DNA from: Chthonomonadales bacterium
GTDB lineage: Bacteria; Armatimonadota; Chthonomonadetes; Chthonomonadales; CAJBBX01
Direction: 5' to 3'
NCBI GenBank assembly: GCA_037443035.1
Contig: JBBIPC010000025.1
Coordinates: 1 to 44,529 of the forward strand
DNA length: 44,529 nt
The notes under the pieces are model-generated. The model saw only the letters and a program-made list of their open reading frames with translations. It searched no databases and was not told the DNA's origin. A program made the position numbers and the translations under genes. Positions 16,788 to 25,298 of the stretch are shown here, piece after piece; position 1 is the first letter of the stretch; every line of letters starts with the position of its first letter.

Positions 16788-19052
16788 ATGGTGTACACCC
16801 TCTTGGTACTTGGCTCAATGAAGGGGAGTATCATGAGGCGAGCCAAGACAACCCGCAGGGGCTGGGAAGCGACGGGCGACCCGACGCAGCAGGATTCCAC
16901 CCTCCGGCGATCGAACCCTCAGAGCATGATCGCGGCGCTCTTCTACGCCACGCTTCTCTTCGCCGACCCGAGGCCACCGCTGACGCTCGTTCCGGTCACG
17001 CATACTGCCGAGCGGAACTGCCGGATCGAGTTCTCCATCTCCGGGGTGCCGGAGTGCCCCAATCCGTACGATCCAGATGCTGCTGATGTGCGAGTCATGG
17101 TGCGAACGCCGCATGGTGGGCGTCTGGTCATGCCGGCTTTCTACATGGAGCCGTTCGAGGTGACGCCGCGTCGTCGGGGCGAGGCGACCGTGGACTGGTT
17201 GTATCCCACAGGTAGACCCGAATGGCGGGTCCGCTTCACGCCGACAGAGACCGGGTCGTATAGCTTCGCTGTGATGGCGACCATCGGGAAGCATACGCTG
17301 CAGTCTGAACCGGTTCGACTGAAGGTCAAGCCCTCGAGTCGCATCGGCTTCGTACGCGTCTCGCGCCGAGATCCGCGGTTTCTCCAACTCGATGACGGCC
17401 GACCATTCTTCGCTGTGGGGCAGAACGTTGCGTTCATCAAGGATGTGCAGGAGACCCGAGGCATCTTCGGCAAGCTCGCGGCCAACGGCGTGAACTACGT
17501 GCGTGTCTGGACCTGCTGTGAGGATTGGGGAATGGCCATCGAGGCGCGCAAGAGCGCCTGGGCCCGATCATGGGATTGGAAGCCTCCCTACGTCACGGAT
17601 GCAGATGGCCGCCGCTGGGTCGTGATCAAGGGTGGGCCGGTTACATGTAACCCGACCCAGCGCATGGGCCTGAGACCAAACACGCGCTACAGGCTATCGG
17701 CAACCGTACGGGGGTCCGAGCCGACCAGCGCTATCTCCATCGAGGTTGCCGGGCAACGGATCGAGTGGCACCCGAGGGCCAAGCCTGGCGCGTTCTCAGC
17801 GGAATTCACAACCGGTCCCGACACCTGGTGGCTCGAGACGATCCGGCTGTCCGCCGTGGGTGGTGGTGAGATCGCATTGCGCGACCTGTCGCTCAGAGAG
17901 GTGGGCTCGGATCGCGAAATTCTCTGGGATGCCGATCCGGACCGCGCCGTGCTTGGCAACTACAACCAGGCCGATTGCGCGATGCTCGATGGCGTTGTCG
18001 AGGAGGCCGAGCGAGTCGGTATCAGGCTCCAGCTCTGTCTTCTGGCGCGCGATCTCTACATGGACAGGCTGAAGGATCCTGCATCGGCGGAGTATGATCG
18101 AGCCATGAAGGATGCCCAGCGTCTAGTCCGCTATGCTATCGCACGGTGGGGCTACTCGACATCTGTTGCTGCGTGGGAGTACTGGAACGAGATGGACCCA
18201 GGTCGACCAACGAGCCGGTTCTACGACGAAGTCGGCGCGTACGTCGAACAGAGCGATCCCTATCGGCGGCTTCGAACCACCAGCGCCTGGGCCGATGCGC
18301 CGAACGACTGGCGGCACGCGCGGATTGACGTGGCCAACATGCACTGGTACCTCCGGCCTGCAGAAGGCGAGCTCTACAGGGACGAGGTCGTGGCCGTGCT
18401 GAAGAAGGCGCGCCAGCTCCGTGAAGCCGCTCCAGCCAAGCCTGCGCTGTTCGCCGAGTTTGGCCTCGCGCGGGACAACTGGCAGCCGAGCCCCGACATG
18501 CGCGCCGACGCTGCGTATGTGCATCTGCACAACGCCCTATGGGCCTCCGCCCTGTCGGGATTGTCCGGCACGGTGATGGCCTGGTGGTGGGAGGACATAG
18601 ACGCGAGAGACGCCTATCGGCACTATCGTGGCGTCTCAGCATTCGTCCGGCGCGTGCCGTGGCTCAGCGGACTCAAGACCGCGCACGTAAGAACGGAGGG
18701 CGAGAGGTGGCGGGCCGTTGGGCTGTCTACAGACAGCGCAGCCTATGTGTGGGTACAGGACTCCCGTGCCGTGCGTACCGGTCGAACGGCAACCGGCGCA
18801 GTGAAGGAGTCGAGCGTCGGCGTCCACCTGACGGTCGGTGCATTGCGTGCGGGTACGTACCGCATCGAATGGGTAGACACCGATACTGGTCAGGCCATCC
18901 GCGCCGACTCGGCGACGACGGCGAATGGTCTGCTGCGTGTCACTGCGCCACCATTCAGGGGCGACGTGGCTTGCGCCATCGAACTGGCATCTGGGCAACC
19001 TCGTTCTACCGGCCCGGCCAGTCGCATGCGACCGAACAGGAGAACGCCATGA
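16788..19052 (+). CDS. DUF5060-domain clan GH-A glycoside hydrolase
   Basis: NPYDP...PAFY...WRVRFTPTETGSY (DUF5060-like), YAIARWGYS..VAAWEYWNE and LFAEFG. True start uncertain (16833 or 16926 also possible). Confidence 0.75.
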   Translation: MVYTLLVLGSMKGSIMRRAKTTRRGWEATGDPTQQDSTLRRSNPQSMIAALFYATLLFADPRPPLTLVPVTHTAERNCRIEFSISGVPECPNPYDPDAADVRVMVRTPHGGRLVMPAFYMEPFEVTPRRRGEATVDWLYPTGRPEWRVRFTPTETGSYSFAVMATIGKHTLQSEPVRLKVKPSSRIGFVRVSRRDPRFLQLDDGRPFFAVGQNVAFIKDVQETRGIFGKLAANGVNYVRVWTCCEDWGMAIEARKSAWARSWDWKPPYVTDADGRRWVVIKGGPVTCNPTQRMGLRPNTRYRLSATVRGSEPTSAISIEVAGQRIEWHPRAKPGAFSAEFTTGPDTWWLETIRLSAVGGGEIALRDLSLREVGSDREILWDADPDRAVLGNYNQADCAMLDGVVEEAERVGIRLQLCLLARDLYMDRLKDPASAEYDRAMKDAQRLVRYAIARWGYSTSVAAWEYWNEMDPGRPTSRFYDEVGAYVEQSDPYRRLRTTSAWADAPNDWRHARIDVANMHWYLRPAEGELYRDEVVAVLKKARQLREAAPAKPALFAEFGLARDNWQPSPDMRADAAYVHLHNALWASALSGLSGTVMAWWWEDIDARDAYRHYRGVSAFVRRVPWLSGLKTAHVRTEGERWRAVGLSTDSAAYVWVQDSRAVRTGRTATGAVKESSVGVHLTVGALRAGTYRIEWVDTDTGQAIRADSATTANGLLRVTAPPFRGDVACAIELASGQPRSTGPASRMRPNRRTP

Positions 19053-19828
19053 TATCTGCACCTCAACCTGATCCATTCGCACTTGCGCAGCTCTACCGCT
19101 ATCTGCGGGTTGTCGACGTCGCAGACGCTCTCGACGGTATCGGTTACTTCGACAAAGGGCTCATGGACCCGGCGGTTCGGCCTCTCTGGTCCGGTATGCG
19201 TTTCTGGGGTCCTGCGCTCACCATCCGATGCGTTCCTGCCAACCGCCCCATGTGGAAGCTCGACACGACCGAAGAGATCGTCAACGCCCACGGAATCTGG
19301 TTCCGACAGGTCGGCAATCTCCAATTCAGCCATCTCATCCGTCCCGGGCATGTGCTGGTCACAGACACAGGCGGAAGCGGCGAGGTGGGCTTCTGGGGCT
19401 CCTGCAACAGCCTCGGAGCCATCGCCGACGGCGCTGTGGGCATCGTCACCGACGGCTACTGCCGGGACACCGCCGAGTTGACTCTCCAGCGGACCCCCAT
19501 CTGCAGCCGGGCACGCGGCCGGACCATCATACCGGGCCGCATCGAGATCGTCGAGGTGCAGACGCGCATTGGATGCGGAGGAGCACAGGTCCGGCCAGGA
19601 GACATCGTAGGAGCGGATGACGACGGCGTCATTGTCGTACCCACCGAGGTCGCTGAGGAAGTTGCCATGCATGCACGTGCCATACTCTTGGCCGATATGC
19701 GTGCCCGGCGGGCCCTATACCAGCGCCTCGGTATGCCCGATGACCCAACAGTACAATACGAGCCGGTGGAGGCTTACTACGCGGAGTTGGATCGGGCTCG
19801 CCAAGAGGGCCGCCACACAAGAACCTGA
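19049..19828 (+). CDS. RraA-like / HMG-CHA aldolase family protein
   Basis: VADALD, GPALTIR, VTDGYCRD, VRPGDIVGADDDGVIVVP. ATG overlaps the upstream stop (ATGA 19049-19052). Confidence 0.85.
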   Translation: MISAPQPDPFALAQLYRYLRVVDVADALDGIGYFDKGLMDPAVRPLWSGMRFWGPALTIRCVPANRPMWKLDTTEEIVNAHGIWFRQVGNLQFSHLIRPGHVLVTDTGGSGEVGFWGSCNSLGAIADGAVGIVTDGYCRDTAELTLQRTPICSRARGRTIIPGRIEIVEVQTRIGCGGAQVRPGDIVGADDDGVIVVPTEVAEEVAMHARAILLADMRARRALYQRLGMPDDPTVQYEPVEAYYAELDRARQEGRHTRT

Positions 19829-19863
19829 CATCGTGTCGCTACGAGGACACGGAGGTAGGAACG

Positions 19864-20376
19864 ATGGAAGCCTATGAATGCATCACGACGCGCCGGAGTA
19901 TCCGGCAGTACGACCCTGACAAGCCCGTGCCGCAGGAGCTGCTGGAGAAGCTTCTGCGGGCGGCAATGATGGCACCTTCGGCCGGTAACCAGCAGCCTTG
20001 GGAGTTCATCGTGCTAACCGACCGGGCATTGCTGGACGAGATGCCGAGCCTGCACCCCTACTGCCAGATGATCCGCCAGACGCCTGTTGCGGTCCTGGTC
20101 TGCGGGAATACGCAGCGCGAGAAGTATCCCGGTTACTTCCCGCAGGACTGCTCGGCGGCCATCATGAATCTGCTGCTGGCAGCGCATGCGCTGGGCTTGG
20201 GCGCTGTGTGGACGGGCATCTACCCACGTGAGGAACGAATCGAGCCCATTCGAAAGCGCTTCAACCTGCCTCAGCACATTGTACCGGTTGCCCTGATCCC
20301 CATTGGCTGGCCTGCAGAGAAGCCACCCCAGCCGGAGCGCTGGGCTCCCGAGCGCGTGCACTGGAACGGGTGGTAA
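19864..20376 (+). CDS. Nitroreductase family protein
   Basis: TRRSIRQY, APSAGNQQPWEF, QDCSAAIMNLLLAAHALGLGAVW; GGAGG RBS. Confidence 0.93.
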   Translation: MEAYECITTRRSIRQYDPDKPVPQELLEKLLRAAMMAPSAGNQQPWEFIVLTDRALLDEMPSLHPYCQMIRQTPVAVLVCGNTQREKYPGYFPQDCSAAIMNLLLAAHALGLGAVWTGIYPREERIEPIRKRFNLPQHIVPVALIPIGWPAEKPPQPERWAPERVHWNGW

Positions 20377-20404
20377 GCCGGCGCGGCGCCGGCTCCTCAT
20401 CACA

Positions 20405-21553
20405 ATGAAGCGCCTCGCGCTCACGAACGTAGGTCCAATCAGGAATGCCGACGTGGCATTCGGCGATCTCACCGTGCTCGTGGGTCCGCAAGCGTCCGGC
20501 AAGAGCATCTTCCTCCAATGGCTCGAGCTGCTGGAGGACACGCCGTACATCCGCAGCCGGCTGCGGCAGTACGGAGTCGAATGGAGCGGCTCTATCGGCC
20601 GACTGCTCCAGACATACTTCGGTGAGGGAATGGATGTCATGTGGCGTTCGGGCTCGGACGGCAGCGCCATAGCAGTTGACGGCGAACCGTTGGCGAGCTT
20701 GGAAACACGTCTGTCGAGAGGGGGACCTAGGCGCGACGAGCCGAGCGTATTCTGCATTCCCGCTCAGCGGGCCGTGACGATGCGCGATGGGTGGCCGCGA
20801 CCCTTCTCCGACTTCGGGCCCGGCGACCCGTTTGCCGTGCGCGACTTCAGCGACCGCCTGCGCATCCTGCTAGGGCAGATGTCCACCGGTTCGTCGGACC
20901 TGTTCCCGAAGACGAACAAGCTGAAGGCGATCCTACGCGACACGCTGGACGACGCTGTGTTCCGAAGGTTCGGGCTGAGAGTCGATCGGTCTCAGCCGCA
21001 GAGGCGGCTTGTGCTCGGACAGTCGGGTGCCAAGAACGGCCTGCCTTTCATGGCCTGGTCGGCAGGACAGCGTGAGTTCGTTCCGCTGCTGCTCGGTCTG
21101 TACTGGCTATTGCCGTCCGCGAAGATCTCGAAAAGCCGTGGTGTGGACTGGGTTGTCATCGAAGAGCCGGAGATGGGGCTCCATCCGCGGGCTGTAGGCG
21201 CGGCCATGCTGCTGGTCTTGGAGCTCCTCTGGCGCGGCTATCGGGTGTGCATCTCCACCCACTCGCCGCATGTCCTGGACGTCATGTGGGGCTTGCGGGC
21301 AATTGAACATTTCGGCGGAGACTGGCGCGACGTCGCGGACCTATTTGGCGCGAGCCGCTCACAATCGCTCAAGCCCATCGCCGACAAGGCGATCACCGTG
21401 TCGCGCGTGGTGCACTACTTCGACACAACAGGCGTCTCGCATGACATTTCGGACCTGGATCCCGCCTCGCCTGACGATGCCGTGCGCGGCTGGGGCGGGC
21501 TGACCGGGTTCAGCGAGCGGATCGGCGACGTGGTCGCCAGGCTCAGCGCGTAG
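20405..21553 (+). CDS. ABC-type ATPase (AAA_15/AAA_21-like, non-transport)
   Basis: MKRLALTNVGPI..ADV.FGDLTVLVGPQASGKS (Walker A), IPAQR, WSAGQRE (signature), VVIEEPEMGLHP (Walker B/D-loop), ISTHSPH (H-loop). Confidence 0.88.
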   Translation: MKRLALTNVGPIRNADVAFGDLTVLVGPQASGKSIFLQWLELLEDTPYIRSRLRQYGVEWSGSIGRLLQTYFGEGMDVMWRSGSDGSAIAVDGEPLASLETRLSRGGPRRDEPSVFCIPAQRAVTMRDGWPRPFSDFGPGDPFAVRDFSDRLRILLGQMSTGSSDLFPKTNKLKAILRDTLDDAVFRRFGLRVDRSQPQRRLVLGQSGAKNGLPFMAWSAGQREFVPLLLGLYWLLPSAKISKSRGVDWVVIEEPEMGLHPRAVGAAMLLVLELLWRGYRVCISTHSPHVLDVMWGLRAIEHFGGDWRDVADLFGASRSQSLKPIADKAITVSRVVHYFDTTGVSHDISDLDPASPDDAVRGWGGLTGFSERIGDVVARLSA

Positions 21554-21554
21554 G

Positions 21555-22034
21555 ATGGTTCTCGCTGAGGTCGCAAGAGGCACGCCTCTCGAGCCCTACG
21601 TAAAGAGCGGGAAGGATGCAATCAAAGGTGAGCATCGAGACCGCGTCACGGTCTCCAGGGGGTGCACACTAACGGACACGGCCAATCTCGAGGAAGCGCT
21701 CGGGTCACTTTCACTGAGCGACCCGCGGTGGGATTACGCAATAGGGTGGAACGCGCTCGAGTCGGACAACTGCTGCTTCGTCGAAGTCCATCCTGCCAAC
21801 ACGCGGCACGTTGACGATGTCGTGCGGAAGAAGATGGCTGCCATGAAGCTGTTGGTGCAACACGCACCGGGAATGCTCGATACAGCAGATCGGACACGCC
21901 GACGCACCAAGCAGTCTGCGTGGCACTGGATCACAACCGATGCTCATGTGGACATCCATCCCAACATGCCGGTATGGCGCAAGCTCCGTCAGGCGGGCAT
22001 GTCGAGGCCTGTGAGGCGACTGGAGTTGCGATGA
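21555..22034 (+). CDS. Hypothetical protein, putative PD-(D/E)xK-like nuclease fold, partner of the upstream ATPase
   Basis: 159 aa; starts 1 nt after the ATPase stop and overlaps the next gene (ATGA). PRWDYAIG...FVEVHPA...VVRKK pattern of conserved-looking acidic residues. Confidence 0.6.
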   Translation: MVLAEVARGTPLEPYVKSGKDAIKGEHRDRVTVSRGCTLTDTANLEEALGSLSLSDPRWDYAIGWNALESDNCCFVEVHPANTRHVDDVVRKKMAAMKLLVQHAPGMLDTADRTRRRTKQSAWHWITTDAHVDIHPNMPVWRKLRQAGMSRPVRRLELR

Positions 22035-23020
22035 GCCAGCCACCGGTGCCCCTCCTTTCCGTTCGTGGGCTGAAAAAGCACTTTTCTGTGACGCGCCAGA
22101 TTGGTCTGCGGCGTGTGCGGGAGAAGATACGTGCGGTAGACGGCCTCGATCTTCACGTCTCCGCCGGTGAAACGGTAGGACTGGTGGGCGAAAGCGGCTG
22201 CGGGAAGTCCACGACCGGGCGAGCTATCCTCCGTCTCATCGAACCCACGGCAGGGACGGTGCGGTTCGACGGCAGGGACCTGGCCCATATGCCCACCGGG
22301 GAGCTGCGCCGCCTGCGTCGGCATATGGGGATCGTGTTCCAGGACCCCATGTCGGCGCTGAACCCACGAATGACTGTTGGGGACATCGTCGCAGAGCCAC
22401 TACGGGTTCACGGCATTGTGCGGACGCGGAGAGAAGCGCGCGACCGTGCGGCAGAGCTGCTGGTTCGGGTCGGTTTGCGCGCCGAGCATGCCTATCGCTA
22501 TCCTCACGAGTTCTCCGGAGGTCAGCGCCAGCGGATCGGGATTGCGCGGGCGATTGCTACGGAACCCTCGTTGGTCATTCTCGATGAACCCATCTCGGCG
22601 CTGGACGTGTCCATACGCGCGCAGATACTGAATCTGCTGGCTGACATACAGGAGGAGCTAGGCCCTGCCTATCTCCTCATCGCCCACGATCTCTCCGTCG
22701 TGCGTCATACCTGCAGCCGCGTGGCCGTGATGTACCTCGGCGTTATCGTCGAAGAAGGGCCGGTTGACCCCCTCTTCGCCAATCCGCTCCATCCTTACAC
22801 GCAGGCGCTGCTGGCATCCGTGCCAGATCCAGATCCTTCCCGGCGGGTGGAAAGGGCACCCATCGAAGGAGATGTTCCCAGTCCCAGCGCCATTCCGAAG
22901 GGCTGTCGCTTTCGAGCCAGATGTCCGATCGCTCAGCAGCGATGTGCCACGGAGGAACCTCGACTGCAAGAGGTGGAGGAAGGTCGGCGTGTGGCCTGCC
23001 ATTTCGCGGGAACCACGTAG
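22031..23020 (+). CDS. Oligopeptide/dipeptide ABC transporter ATP-binding subunit (OppF/AppF-like)
   Basis: GLVGESGCGKSTT, FQDP, YPHEFSGGQRQRI, ILDEPISALD, HPYTQALL, and C-terminal GCRFRARC...VACH. Confidence 0.93.
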   Translation: MSQPPVPLLSVRGLKKHFSVTRQIGLRRVREKIRAVDGLDLHVSAGETVGLVGESGCGKSTTGRAILRLIEPTAGTVRFDGRDLAHMPTGELRRLRRHMGIVFQDPMSALNPRMTVGDIVAEPLRVHGIVRTRREARDRAAELLVRVGLRAEHAYRYPHEFSGGQRQRIGIARAIATEPSLVILDEPISALDVSIRAQILNLLADIQEELGPAYLLIAHDLSVVRHTCSRVAVMYLGVIVEEGPVDPLFANPLHPYTQALLASVPDPDPSRRVERAPIEGDVPSPSAIPKGCRFRARCPIAQQRCATEEPRLQEVEEGRRVACHFAGTT

Positions 23021-23083
23021 AATGCTGCGCTTGTGGGCCCTAATGCCGCGTGTACTCACCGTCGAGGGGGACGGCGTTGTGCC

Positions 23084-25204
23084 ATGAGAGACACCGTGAG
23101 TCTGGGGTTGGTATTGGCGGGCCTTGGGGTCCTTACCGCAGGAGCGAGCATGACGCCCGAGCGTGAGGAAGGGTCGAGTTCCCCGTTCGTTACAGCCTAT
23201 CCAGCGCTGCCCCGCATCCGTGACAAGACGATGGTCGCCTGGGTTCGGCCGACGCATCTCGGCCAGCGCGGCGGAAGCATACTCACGCTGGAGTACCGCG
23301 ACCAATTCGACGCGATCGTCTTTGGCGAGCTGAAGACAGGCGCTTGGATGATCGGTAGCGAGATGTTCCATCGCACCCAACAGGACCAGACCGCCTATCC
23401 CGTGGAGACGAGGATCGCCCGCATGCCGCTGCGCCTTGCGGCCGTTTACCGGGGGCGGCATATCACGCTGTACCGTGACGATACTATCATCGCCGACTAC
23501 GACGCAGAGGGGGAGCCTCTAGAGTTCGGCTCGGGTGCGCAGATCCTCATCGGTCTTCGCCATCGTGCACGACAGGGCCAGTCAGCGAGTCACTTTGCCG
23601 GCGAGATATACGAGGCACGTCTATATGACAGTGCTCTAAGCGCCAGCGAGATTGCGCGCCTCCGTCTCGGCAACCGAACTGCCCCTAAGCCCCTCGCGCG
23701 GTGGACGTTCGAGGACGGCACGTGCCGCGATGCGGAGGGCACATTCCCCGCTGGCAGGTTCCATGGTGGGGCCGCGATCCGCAACGGGCGCCTGATCCTC
23801 AACGGAAAGGATGCATACATGAGCACACCGGCCGGTACAGACTGGCAGAACGCCTTCCACTACCGACCTGTTGTCGGGAACTTCGCCGATCCCATCCCCT
23901 TTTTCTGGAAAGGGGAGTATCACATCTTCTATCTGCAGGGCGATGTCGGACCAGTTCCATGGCAGCATATTGTCAGCAAAGATCTGGTTCGCTGGAAGGA
24001 ACTTCCCACGGCACTGGTGAGCGATGGTCCACCAGACAGTCCTGACGGCGGTCATATGTTCACGGGGTCTGTCACGGAGCACGATGGTACCTTCCACATC
24101 TTCTATACCGGTCACAATCCTGCCAATCCGCGCGCTCTCGAAGTCGTTCGCCACGCCACGAGCAGGGATCTCATTCACTGGACGAAGGATCCCGCTTTCG
24201 AGCTGGGACCGGACGGGGTCTACTATGCTGCCAAGCGCTTCCGCAACTGGCGGGACCCCTATGTCTTCTGGAACGAGGAAGCCCACCAATGGTGGATGGT
24301 CGTCATCGCCACCGATCCGAAGGACCCGGGCGGGGAAAACGAGTTCGGCCGTGCGGTCCAGGGGCTGCTGGTTTCCGATGATCTGAAGGCATGGGAGCCA
24401 CGTCCTCCGCTGCCTGGTGGTCTGGGCGAGGAGTGCCCGGACCTGTTCAAGATAGGCGATACGTGGTACCTCATCGGTGGCGGCCGCTATGTATCGGGTC
24501 CGTCGTCCAGCGGTCCGTTTCGTCTACCAGCTCATCACGTGATTGACTTTCCCGGCGTCTATGCAGGCAAGCGCATGTTCGATGGACGACGGCATGTCTG
24601 GGTAGGGTGGGCGTGGGACGGTCCAGCCCACACCGATGCAGCCGTCGCGGGTCAAGGCGTGCTGTCATGGGGAGGTTTCATGTGCCTGCCTCGTGAGCTC
24701 TACGCGGGAGATGGCGGCGAGCTCTATTGCCGCCCAGCCGCGGAGATCGTGGCTCTTCATGGCAGACTTGTGGCGCGAGCATTTGCCTCCGATCCGCAGC
24801 GATTGCCGCTGCCTTCCGACGGCATGATCGAGTGTATCGCTTCCATCGAGCCTAGCGCTGACCTGACACTGTCTATTCGCGAACAAGCCGACGGACGGGC
24901 GTACCGACTTGTCGTCCAGCCCGCCCTGGGGCGCATTGCATTCGTTACCCCTGCATCCGAGTGGCACCGAGATAACTGCCGCATAGACGCGTCCCGCCCA
25001 ATTCATCTCCGCGTCTTCACGGATGGCAGCATCATCGAATGCTTCGTAAATGATGCTTACGCCATCACTCGGCGTGTCTACGATCTAGCCGGCGGTCAAG
25101 CCCGGGTTACGTCATCCGGCAAGCTGAGTGTGGAGCGCTTCGCACTGAGAGCGCCCCGTGCACCTGTACAGATGCAGCTAACGGGCAAGCCAGGATCTGC
25201 GTGA
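23084..25204 (+). CDS. Secreted GH32-family glycoside hydrolase with N-terminal LamG-like domain
   Basis: Signal peptide; FAGEIYEARLYDSALS (LamG-like); catalytic motifs FADP, WRDP and EECPDLF; C-terminal DGSIIECFVN. Confidence 0.85.
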   Translation: MRDTVSLGLVLAGLGVLTAGASMTPEREEGSSSPFVTAYPALPRIRDKTMVAWVRPTHLGQRGGSILTLEYRDQFDAIVFGELKTGAWMIGSEMFHRTQQDQTAYPVETRIARMPLRLAAVYRGRHITLYRDDTIIADYDAEGEPLEFGSGAQILIGLRHRARQGQSASHFAGEIYEARLYDSALSASEIARLRLGNRTAPKPLARWTFEDGTCRDAEGTFPAGRFHGGAAIRNGRLILNGKDAYMSTPAGTDWQNAFHYRPVVGNFADPIPFFWKGEYHIFYLQGDVGPVPWQHIVSKDLVRWKELPTALVSDGPPDSPDGGHMFTGSVTEHDGTFHIFYTGHNPANPRALEVVRHATSRDLIHWTKDPAFELGPDGVYYAAKRFRNWRDPYVFWNEEAHQWWMVVIATDPKDPGGENEFGRAVQGLLVSDDLKAWEPRPPLPGGLGEECPDLFKIGDTWYLIGGGRYVSGPSSSGPFRLPAHHVIDFPGVYAGKRMFDGRRHVWVGWAWDGPAHTDAAVAGQGVLSWGGFMCLPRELYAGDGGELYCRPAAEIVALHGRLVARAFASDPQRLPLPSDGMIECIASIEPSADLTLSIREQADGRAYRLVVQPALGRIAFVTPASEWHRDNCRIDASRPIHLRVFTDGSIIECFVNDAYAITRRVYDLAGGQARVTSSGKLSVERFALRAPRAPVQMQLTGKPGSA

Positions 25205-25298
25205 GTTTTGCTCCGTCTGCTCCATCCCATCGCTTGCGGCGACCTGGCGCTGACGTGGACGCCGGTCTACGCCATGACAGGAGCGGTAGCGTGACAAC

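Noticed and set aside
18539..19048. N-terminal 170 aa of the 429-aa ORF 18539-19828
   Set aside because: Overlaps the DUF5060 gene in another frame. The RraA-like domain begins at ATG 19049, with an AGGAG RBS and an ATGA overlap.
20405..23020. Treating the ATPase at 20405 and the OppF-like ATPase as one transporter
   Set aside because: The first lacks transporter-type features (LSGGQ signature, permease partner) and resembles the AAA_15/AAA_21 group; the second is a standard peptide-transporter subunit.
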